From assembly GCF_000014265.1 (NCBI RefSeq), contig NC_008312.1:3210001-3242000 (forward strand): a stretch of 32,000 nucleotides of DNA. Direction: 5' to 3'. A program made the position numbers and the translations under genes. Source of the stretch: Trichodesmium erythraeum IMS101. Its GTDB lineage: Bacteria > Cyanobacteriota > Cyanobacteriia > Cyanobacteriales > Microcoleaceae. Below the pieces are notes generated by a model. The model saw nothing but the letters and a program-made list of their open reading frames with translations, did not search any database and was not told the origin of the DNA. This document shows positions 1 through 7,925 of the stretch, piece by piece (within the stretch, counting starts at the first letter, position 1; every line of letters begins with the position of its first letter).

Positions 1-1
1 A

Positions 2-550
2 ATAGTAATCAAATCAAAATATGGAGGACAAACTGGGCGGGGTTTTTTTGTTGAGGGATTAGCTGCTGTGAGGGTCGGGGCTGGCTATAAATATGGATAT
101 ATAGATCAGGCTGGAGAAATGGTCATTACAGAACAATATAATTTTGCTGGAGACTTTGTTAATGGTTTAGCGAGGGTTCAAATTTTTGATGTTTGGGGGT
201 ATATTGATAAAACTGGTAGAGAAGTCATTAGACCAAACTTTGAATTTAGTCAAGATTTTTCTGAGGGTTTAGCAGCAGTTAAAATTAAAGATAAGTATGG
301 CTATATTGATGTTTCCGGAAAAAGAGTTATTCAACCGAAGTATGATTATGCTGGCAGTTTTTCTGAAGGTCTAGCAGAAGTAAGGATAGATGACAAATAT
401 GGCTACATTAATGCTAAGAATGAGATCATTATTGAGCCGGAGTTTGATAATGCTTTTGCTTTTTCTAATGGTATTGCAGAAGTGTGGGTAGATGACAAAA
501 AGGGTTACATAGATAAAATTGGTAGGTTTGTCTGGAATTTAAGTAATTGA
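2..550 (+). CDS. WG-repeat (KWG-type) beta-repeat protein, C-terminal part; ORF is open to the left window edge
   Basis: Frame 2 has no stop from base 2, so the listed GTG at 68 is internal to a repeat (upstream reads ...GFFVEGLAAV). Several ~38-aa repeats carry the signature [KD]KYGYID/WGYIDKTG..VI.P.F.....F.EGLA.V. TGA stop at 548-550. Confidence 0.7.
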   Translation: MVIKSKYGGQTGRGFFVEGLAAVRVGAGYKYGYIDQAGEMVITEQYNFAGDFVNGLARVQIFDVWGYIDKTGREVIRPNFEFSQDFSEGLAAVKIKDKYGYIDVSGKRVIQPKYDYAGSFSEGLAEVRIDDKYGYINAKNEIIIEPEFDNAFAFSNGIAEVWVDDKKGYIDKIGRFVWNLSN

Positions 551-892
551 TAGCGCTTATATAGCAACTATCATACTGGAGGGTACAAAGTTGTATCTGG
601 CGCGAGAGTAGGGATCAGGTAGGGATGTGGCAAGTGCTAGCACAAGTCAGAATTCAGCAGTCAGAAGTAATATCTGAGTGCATTTGAGCATTTAGCTATG
701 TGCGCCCCTAATATTCCACAACTATACAACATCCCTACTCCTGCTCAATAGCCCGCGCTGAATTTTTTTTGATAAATACTATATGCTTCCTACTTTTTGC
801 CTTTTACTGTCTAACTTTTGGGAGTTTTTAACGATCATAATAGCTAATGCTATGATTAAATTATATTTTCCATCTTAATAAGAAGCAAAATT

Positions 893-1867
893 ATGTCCCA
901 GACTTTCAACCAAGGATACGCTGTTGTTATCGGAGTAGGTGATGATTTGCCGATCACAATTGATGATGCTACTGCCATTGCCAATGTATTGGGTGATTTA
1001 TCTCGTTGCGCCTATCCTACTGATCAAGTGCGTTTACTAACAGGTGAAAAAGCAAACCGTGCCAATGTTCTATCTGCTTTGAGCTGGCTGGCTGAGACCA
1101 CGGGAAAAGATGACACGGCGATCGTTTATTTTTCTGGTCATGGAATTGAAAAACCAGATTATTATTTGATGCCTTATGGTTATAATTTAGAAAATTTGGA
1201 GGGTACAGCTATTCGAGGCGAAACTTTTACGGAGTGTCTGAGAGCTATTAAAACTAAAAAATTACTGGTACTGTTAGACTGCTGCCATGCTGGTGGACAG
1301 GCAGACCCTAAGGGAATTATAAAATCACCTCTACCTCCATCGGCGATCGCTCAGTTGGGGAGCAGTAGTGGTAGGGTTATACTTGCTTCTTCGCGAAAAG
1401 ATGAACTATCTTGGACGGGAAAGCCATACAGTGTTTTTACTGTAGCATTGTTGGAGGCTTTGGCTGGTTATGGCATATTTGAACAAGACGGCTATGCTCG
1501 CGTTTTGGATCTTGCTATGTGGGTCGGACGCAAAGTCCCAGAACGTACAGGGGATGAACAGCACCCTATCATCAAGGTCTCTAATTTAGAGGATAATTTT
1601 GCTTTGGCTTGGTATGCTGGGGGGGAGAAAAGTGTGCGCCCATTGCCAAAATGGGAAACTAATATTCCATCTATTACACCAGGGTTGGATATTGAACAGG
1701 TGGCTACCTGGCGACGGATGTTGGCTAACTATCGTGAAAATCTTCTGTTAATTGAAGAACGCATGAGTGAATTTGTTGAATTTACTGATGTTCCACTAAC
1801 ACTTTTGAAAAATAAACGTCGGATAGAGGCGGAAATAACTAAGTTGGAAAAAAAATTGGGGGGTTAA
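893..1867 (+). CDS. Caspase-like cysteine protease (peptidase C14 fold) with a C-terminal helical adaptor tail
   Basis: ATG start. Caspase/metacaspase-type catalytic dyad motifs YFSGHG (His83) and LLVLLDCCHAGG (Cys131). N-terminal beta-strand YAVVIGVG. The C-terminal ~50 aa (nt 1712-1858) are helical and charged, and homologous to the N-terminus of the next gene. Confidence 0.85.
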   Translation: MSQTFNQGYAVVIGVGDDLPITIDDATAIANVLGDLSRCAYPTDQVRLLTGEKANRANVLSALSWLAETTGKDDTAIVYFSGHGIEKPDYYLMPYGYNLENLEGTAIRGETFTECLRAIKTKKLLVLLDCCHAGGQADPKGIIKSPLPPSAIAQLGSSSGRVILASSRKDELSWTGKPYSVFTVALLEALAGYGIFEQDGYARVLDLAMWVGRKVPERTGDEQHPIIKVSNLEDNFALAWYAGGEKSVRPLPKWETNIPSITPGLDIEQVATWRRMLANYRENLLLIEERMSEFVEFTDVPLTLLKNKRRIEAEITKLEKKLGG

Positions 1868-2171
1868 CTACTGAGGCCGAATAGTTAAAAGTTGGAGAAA
1901 TGTTAATGAATATTGAAAGTATGCTGATTATCTACTATCATAGATTAAGTTTTTTTCAAAAAATTACAGTTTTTTTTCATGGTTTACCAGCTCAAATGAA
2001 GTCAATTAAGACATAGTTAAAAGTTAACAATTACCAATAGAAAAAAAACCATACTTGCCAAATATCTAGGTGTGGTTTGCTGATTTATAGCTTCCCTAAT
2101 GTCATACTTATAACTGGGGAATCAAAGCTTGTATTTTTGAGTAAGAATAACTAAAATGACTATTAAAGTTA

Positions 2172-3308
2172 ATGGATGAGATTGAATCTATTGAAAAACA
2201 AATTAACAATACTAAAAAAAATCTACTTCTGACTGAGGAAAGAATATCTGAATATCCTGAGACTACGAGTGTTCCACTAAAAGACATCAAGAATAAACGA
2301 AAGTTAGAGACTAGGTTAAAAAAATTGAGAGCTCAATTAATAGGTCTTGATAAGCATCGCGATCGCTTAAAAGAACGTCGTGATATTCCTCCTTTACTTC
2401 CTTACTTTGTTAATCGTAGTAGTCAACAAATTGAACTTAAAGAAGCATTAAAAAAATTGTTCAATCATCCTTATTCTCAGCCACTTTTATGTATAATTCA
2501 CGGGGATAAATTACAATGTCATGATACATTTTTTCAATTTCTTGAAAAGGAGTTTCTGCCAAAAATATTCAAGGAAAATACCAATATAAATACAAATAAT
2601 AACTATACAGAATTTATCAAAGAATACCAACTGAAATGGCCGCCGAGAAATACTTCTATAGAAGACTTAAAAAATAGACTAGAACACAATTTAGTAGATA
2701 CGGTACTTGACAATAAATTTGCTTCAAAAGCAGACATAAATGAGTACCTGGCTAGTATTGGAACAGTTATTATTCACACACATTTGCTCACTGCTGATTT
2801 GCAGGAAAATTCATCTATAATTATTGAAAAATTTATAGAATTTTGGCAAGATTGGCCTGAACTTATTCCTAATCAACATCTAATTATTTTCTTGTTTATT
2901 AAATACAAAATTGAACCAAAACAAAACTATTTTCAGAAACTACAGAATTGGATTTTTCAGAATCTATTCAAGAATAATTCCAACACTCGAACCGGGAATT
3001 ATTCTATTCAAAAAAGTATCAAAGATTTGTCTTCCTCTAACTTTACTAAATTTGATAAAATTATCGGGGTAGTTCTGCCCGAACTTCAAGGAATTACGCA
3101 AACAGAAGTAGAAGACTGGGCCCGTAGGGAAGAAGTAAAGAATTATTGGGATGAGGAAAATATTCAAGATTTAATTAATATAATTGAGGATATGTTTGAA
3201 AAATGGGAGAAACAGCAAGCATCTGATACTATGCCTATGTCTAATTTAGCTATAAAATTGACTGATATTTTGATGGGAAAAATACCTATCAAGGAGGATA
3301 CTGCATGA
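2172..3308 (+). CDS. Adaptor protein: N-terminal helical module shared with the caspase tail, plus a P-loop-less STAND-like body (iSTAND/VMAP-like; inferred)
   Basis: 378-aa ORF. Its stop overlaps the MoxR start (ATGA at 3305-3308). Residues 8-56 align without gaps to caspase residues 274-322. The segment LPYFVNRSSQQIELKEALKK..PLLCIIHGDKLQCHDTFFQFL has the strand-loop-helix layout of a STAND NTPase, but no GxxxxGK[ST]. Confidence 0.6.
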   Translation: MDEIESIEKQINNTKKNLLLTEERISEYPETTSVPLKDIKNKRKLETRLKKLRAQLIGLDKHRDRLKERRDIPPLLPYFVNRSSQQIELKEALKKLFNHPYSQPLLCIIHGDKLQCHDTFFQFLEKEFLPKIFKENTNINTNNNYTEFIKEYQLKWPPRNTSIEDLKNRLEHNLVDTVLDNKFASKADINEYLASIGTVIIHTHLLTADLQENSSIIIEKFIEFWQDWPELIPNQHLIIFLFIKYKIEPKQNYFQKLQNWIFQNLFKNNSNTRTGNYSIQKSIKDLSSSNFTKFDKIIGVVLPELQGITQTEVEDWARREEVKNYWDEENIQDLINIIEDMFEKWEKQQASDTMPMSNLAIKLTDILMGKIPIKEDTA

Positions 3309-4297
3309 ATTTTCCATTTTACTTTGGTGACGGAAAACGGAAACCAAATAATACACCAGCTACTCTACCTGTGTCGCGACGAGCCGAATTTATCAAACCA
3401 GAAAATTATTTGGCAGATCCTGGTCTTCGCGATGCCTGCAACGTTGCTTTACTCTTGGGTCAACCCTTATTACTTACTGGAGAACCCGGTACTGGCAAGA
3501 CTTTGTTCTCTTATAGTCTAGCCTGGGAATTGGGTTTTGACGAACCACTGAAGTTTGAAACCAAGTCTACCAGCACTGCCCGGGATTTATTTTACAGCTA
3601 TGACTCCTTGAAACAATTTCAAGATGCCCAAAACAGTATATTAGACAGAAAACCTCTAGACTATCTGACATACAATGCTTTGGGTCAAGCCATCTTGCTC
3701 ACTAAAGAGCCCTCTGAAATTGAGAACTTTGTACCTCCAGATTTTTTTCACCCTGGTAAAAGACGCTCTATCGTTCTCATTGACGAAGTAGATAAAGCAT
3801 CCCGTGATTTTCCTAATGATATCCTCAACGAATTGGAGTATCTATACTTTCGGGTCCGAGAACTGGGCAATATCAAGATTGAAGCTAACTCCAAACTACA
3901 GCCTATAGTCGTCATTACCAGCAACTCTGAGAAAGACCTTCCGGATGCATTTTTGCGGCGTTGTGTTTACTACAATATTCCTTTTCCACAAAAAGAGCGC
4001 CTTGAGAATATTGTTACCAATAGACTAGGTTTGTACTCTGCTGGTAGTAGTGACTTTCTCCAGGACGCTCTAGATATTTTTTTTCAGCTACGAAAAAGCG
4101 GCTTGCGGAAGAAACCGACTACTTCTGAACTTTTGGGTTGGATGATAGCGCTCCAAGAAATTTCAGGCGGTGCAGAAAACCCCCTGGTTCAGTCTGAGCT
4201 GGCTCTGCAAACCTTGAGTAATTTGATTAAAACTGCTGAGGATCAAGATAAAGCTAAGGAGATAATGAAGCAATGGGTAAAAAGTCGCCAAAGTTAA
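3305..4297 (+). CDS. MoxR-like AAA+ ATPase (AAA_5 type)
   Basis: Walker A LLLTGEPGTGKT, Walker B IVLIDEVDKA, sensor/arginine region DAFLRRC. About one third identical by eye to the second MoxR-like ORF at 28692-29666. Translationally coupled to both neighbouring genes. Confidence 0.85.
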   Translation: MNFPFYFGDGKRKPNNTPATLPVSRRAEFIKPENYLADPGLRDACNVALLLGQPLLLTGEPGTGKTLFSYSLAWELGFDEPLKFETKSTSTARDLFYSYDSLKQFQDAQNSILDRKPLDYLTYNALGQAILLTKEPSEIENFVPPDFFHPGKRRSIVLIDEVDKASRDFPNDILNELEYLYFRVRELGNIKIEANSKLQPIVVITSNSEKDLPDAFLRRCVYYNIPFPQKERLENIVTNRLGLYSAGSSDFLQDALDIFFQLRKSGLRKKPTTSELLGWMIALQEISGGAENPLVQSELALQTLSNLIKTAEDQDKAKEIMKQWVKSRQS

Positions 4298-6798
4298 GCC
4301 CAGGGTGGCTAGAACCAGAACAGTTGATGGAATTCATTGATCAGCTTCGTAGAGAATACAAATACAATATCGGTGTATCCCAATATATTGCAGCTCAAGA
4401 GTTGATACTTGCTTTGAGTGCAAAAGGAGAGCAGTTAGAAGAACCCCAGAGGCTTAAAAGTCTTCTCGGTCCCTTGTTATGCAGTTCCCCAGCAGAACAA
4501 GAAGATTTCCAACTACGGTTTGACCAATGGATGGAACGTATGGGTTTTACCGTTCGCGAAGTTATTCATGCTGACGAAAATGCTGAGGCTCTTGAACAGG
4601 AGTTAAAAAAGATGCGGCAGGAATGGCGATGGCTACGGTGGGTACGTTTAGCGATCGCTGTTTTTCTTGTTATTGTTCTAACCAATTTCCTGATACAGGA
4701 TTTTTCGGCTTTAACTTCCCGGATGCAGCAGTTTCCCACTCCAACAGTAGATCCCTTGAAACTATTTCCACCTCAAACTCTTCAAGAATGGCGGACTACA
4801 TTTTTATGGTTAATACTCGTGCCCCCGGTTACATTCTTAGTTTGGAGACTATGGTGGCGTTGGCGTGTGGCTCTATACCTCAACCGTCGTCAGACCAGGC
4901 GGCCTCCTGAAATTCAGCGAGTGTCTATATCAGGGCTAAATGAGGAACTATTTCCCAGAGTTTTGTTTTTGCGCATTGCTCAGGGTTTGAGGCGACGTAT
5001 TCGGGTTCCATCCAATGAACTTGATATTGACAAGACCGTAGAAAAAACTGTCCGGGGAGGAGTTAGGTTTGCCCCAGTATACGGCTACTATAAGCTTCTT
5101 CCTGAATACCTGGTTCTGATCGACCGGGCAAACTACAGCGACCACCAGGCGAGACTTGTCAAGGAAATGATTGCTCAATTAACCGAGAACGAAGTCTTAA
5201 TTATAGGTTACTATTTTGATGGCGACCCCAGGGTATGTTTTCCGGTTACAGGAAAAGGCTCTCCTTGTAAGTTACGGGAAATTTCTTTGAAGTACAGCCA
5301 GCATCGGCTCCTCATCTTCTCTGATGCAGAAGGTTTTTTTAATTCCCTGACTGGGGAACTTGAAGCCTGGCTTGATTTATTTTCAAGTTGGTCTCAGCGG
5401 GCTGTTTTCACTCCCAAACCTTCGGAACATTGGGGATATCAGGAACTGAAATTATCCCGAGAGTTTATTGTTCTACCTGCAACAAATGATGGGTTAATTG
5501 ACTTGATACGGAGCATTGAACATGGAAAACTGCCTTATGTGTCTTCAGAAAAAGGTAGGGCACCTTATCCGGAAGCATTGAGAGTGCGGGGGCGGCGCTG
5601 GGTTGAGCAAGATCCACCTGAGCCATGGTTGCTGACTAATGTCCTAGGGTCTGTCCGAAACTATCTGGGGGAAGCTGGTTACTATTGGCTGAGTGCTTGT
5701 GCTGTATTTCCTGAGTTAAATTGGAATCTCACGGTTTACCTGGGGAATGCTCTTAGTGCTGGTGATGGTCGTTCTTTGCTTCAGGCTTGTCGGCTAACAG
5801 TTCTCGCTCGTTTGCCTTGGTTTCGATATGGTTATATGCCTGACTGGCTGCGCTTGTGGTTACTTTCTGAGTTACCTCGCCACCAGGAGGATGAGGTTCG
5901 TCAACTGCTTAGAAGTTTCTTGGTGGCAAAACCTGATGAGCAAGGCTCAGTTGGAAGATGGCAATTGGAAATTGCTCGGCAATACAGCAATGTTGTCTCT
6001 AGGTTGGTGCAACCACTTCTCCGCTTATTTTCTGGGGAAGCTCCTGAGGATAGTCCTCTGCGGGATTATATTTTTCAGGAGTTTATGGCAGGTCGTAAGG
6101 GACTCGCAGTGAGAATGCCGGAAGAGTTACGGGAGGAACTCCGTCGCAAATATTCACAACAAGTAGGATGGTGGTTTTGGTTTCAGTGGGTGTTGGCAAA
6201 TAGTGTGGGTTTGTTTGTGGGTTTGTTTGTGGGTTTGTTTGTGGGTGGACGGGTTGACAATATTATGGTTAGTTTTCGTATTGCTGTTTTCGGTACTGTT
6301 TTCGGTGCTGTTGTGGGATCACTCCAGTGGTGGGTACTTAGAAAACGACTTTCCCAGGCTAGATGGTGGATACTGGCAACTGCCTTGGCATCAGCTATAC
6401 TATTCTCTACAGCAGAAGTTATGTTGAATGCTGTAAGGGACGTTGTGAGCAATACTGTGATTCAGGTTGTTGTTATATCTTCTGTGGTGGGACTTGTTAT
6501 CGGATCAGCTCAATGGTTGGTTCTCAGAAAACAACTTTCTCAATCTCACTGGTGGATACTGGCAAGTGTTTTAGGAATAACTGCTACGCTCTTTGCTATT
6601 GTTTATTCTTCGCTCTTTGCTATTGTTTATTCTTCGCTCTTTGCTATTGTTTATTCTTCAAGGTTCGAGCTGGGTCTGCTTAAGACTTTTATATCCTTCC
6701 TGAGCATTTTCGGCATTATATACGGAGTAATCACTGGATTTGCCTTAGTTTGGCTGCTGCGACAACCGGGCAATTCTGTCATCAACAATAAAAAGTAA
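4273..6798 (+). CDS. Large membrane protein, predicted MoxR partner: N-terminal helical domain, 2 TM helices, CoxE-type vWA-like domain with degenerate MIDAS, C-terminal multi-TM repeat domain
   Basis: 841-aa ORF overlapping the MoxR stop by 25 nt (alternative ATG at 4327). LRRRIRVPSNELDIDKTVEKTVRGG..(20 aa)..YLVLIDRANYSD (nt 5017-5142) mimics the CoxE-type vWA lead-in and beta1 strand, but DxSxS is replaced by DRANY. LLIFSDAEG (5308-5331) resembles the vWA 'llTDG' strand. Hydrophobic helices near aa 118-140, 175-200 and 630-830. Confidence 0.6.
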   Translation: MGKKSPKLSPGWLEPEQLMEFIDQLRREYKYNIGVSQYIAAQELILALSAKGEQLEEPQRLKSLLGPLLCSSPAEQEDFQLRFDQWMERMGFTVREVIHADENAEALEQELKKMRQEWRWLRWVRLAIAVFLVIVLTNFLIQDFSALTSRMQQFPTPTVDPLKLFPPQTLQEWRTTFLWLILVPPVTFLVWRLWWRWRVALYLNRRQTRRPPEIQRVSISGLNEELFPRVLFLRIAQGLRRRIRVPSNELDIDKTVEKTVRGGVRFAPVYGYYKLLPEYLVLIDRANYSDHQARLVKEMIAQLTENEVLIIGYYFDGDPRVCFPVTGKGSPCKLREISLKYSQHRLLIFSDAEGFFNSLTGELEAWLDLFSSWSQRAVFTPKPSEHWGYQELKLSREFIVLPATNDGLIDLIRSIEHGKLPYVSSEKGRAPYPEALRVRGRRWVEQDPPEPWLLTNVLGSVRNYLGEAGYYWLSACAVFPELNWNLTVYLGNALSAGDGRSLLQACRLTVLARLPWFRYGYMPDWLRLWLLSELPRHQEDEVRQLLRSFLVAKPDEQGSVGRWQLEIARQYSNVVSRLVQPLLRLFSGEAPEDSPLRDYIFQEFMAGRKGLAVRMPEELREELRRKYSQQVGWWFWFQWVLANSVGLFVGLFVGLFVGGRVDNIMVSFRIAVFGTVFGAVVGSLQWWVLRKRLSQARWWILATALASAILFSTAEVMLNAVRDVVSNTVIQVVVISSVVGLVIGSAQWLVLRKQLSQSHWWILASVLGITATLFAIVYSSLFAIVYSSLFAIVYSSRFELGLLKTFISFLSIFGIIYGVITGFALVWLLRQPGNSVINNKK
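6205..6246 (+). repeat. Perfect in-frame 12-bp tandem repeat (gtgggtttgttt x3.5) encoding (GLFV)3 inside a TM segment
   Basis: Read directly: units at 6205-6216, 6217-6228 and 6229-6240, plus a partial unit at 6241-6246. Confidence 0.95.
6587..6658 (+). repeat. Perfect in-frame 24-bp tandem repeat (cgctctttgctattgtttattctt x3) encoding (LFAIVYSS)3 inside a TM segment
   Basis: Read directly: units at 6587-6610, 6611-6634 and 6635-6658, all identical. Confidence 0.95.
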
Positions 6799-7925
6799 CA
6801 TACTTGCGCTGCAGGCTTTAAACATCTCACATCGACGCCTCACATCAGACTCCATTAATTAACCACAATACAAAAAGACAGCACAGACAACCAAACTATT
6901 AGGCAAATATCACAGCAACTTTCATATCATTAGACCACAGTAGGGAAATGCAACCCCCCTATCTACAACCTTCCTACAAAGCTTTAGTTATGGCGATGTA
7001 GTCAATAAACTTGAAAAGCGCTGTAAAATCCTTGGGTAACTAGGGGATATGATTTTATTATAAACAAGACTTAAGCAAACACCCAGATAATACCCGATCT
7101 GTAGGAGGCAAACACCAGAAAACTCCCACTAAATCAGCTATCAGCATTCAGATATCAGCTAGAAAGAGGAATTAGGTTGCAATAAAAATCAAAAGTCAGA
7201 CACAAAAAAGATGATCAGCTCAACTTAGTAACTTTTCAGCATTCATAATTCACCATTCAGAATTCACCATTCAGCTCGAAAAATAAATTAGCCTCCAAGA
7301 ACAATTAAAATTCCGACACAGATCTGAGAATTAATGACTAGCAAATATAGCAGTCCTACATCTTATGTAAAATCATTAGACATCTGAACAAAAAACTATT
7401 TCTCACACTCCTTCAACATCAGTTTTTCCTGCTGAGAGCCTTCAGCCTTCTGTTTCCAACCTCTTACCTTCTATTGTTTGCCTGAAAGCAGACCCAATAT
7501 TTCACCCTTCAGATAGGATGAGTAGACCTTTAGTCATATTTAAATAGCTTCTGCTAGTAGCCAAGCAACTTATTTTTTTAACCAATGTACATTTAACTTG
7601 CAAGTCATCAAAATAATCAACCTAAATTAGTAGTAAAAATGTAAATTTGTATCTAGTAATAAAACTGTTTTAAAGGTATAATTATCTGGATTTATGCTCA
7701 CTTAAATTAAAATTTCTGCTTATAATTATATCTAAACAATGCAGTCATGTCAAGACTTATATAAACTTTTTTTCAATCAAAAAAAAAGTAACAATCAATA
7801 CTAACAATGTTTAAAAAAATATGATAATTTCAAAAGTAAGGTTATAAAGATAACCTCTATTAACGGCAAAAAAAAAGCCATCATATTAATCATAAGAATT
7901 ACTTAGTTGAAAGAGGGAAATAACT

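Noticed and set aside
597-770. Inverted repeat (gagtagggat / acatccctac with GC clamps ggcgcg / cgcgc) followed by T8, between the WG-repeat gene and the caspase gene
   Set aside because: Arms are only about 10 nt with mismatches and lie about 110 nt apart. No target-site duplication or coding capacity is present. It could be a terminator or sRNA, but is indistinguishable from chance without conservation data.
1900-2016. 38-aa ORF (MLMNIESMLIIYYHRLSFFQKITVFFHGLPAQMKSIKT) in the caspase-adaptor spacer, with a GGAG a few nt upstream
   Set aside because: It is too short and AT-driven to support from sequence alone, with no recognisable family. It would need ribosome profiling or conservation evidence.
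2108-6683. Short ORFs nested in or antisense to the left-module genes (2108-2290, 2964-3167, 3324-3521, 4623-4910, 4948-5178, 5828-6112, 6183-6452, 6203-6427, 6363-6683)
   Set aside because: All overlap longer ORFs with clear domain signatures. Several merely translate the in-frame tandem repeats in other frames (for example the WVCL and CYCLFFAL repeats).
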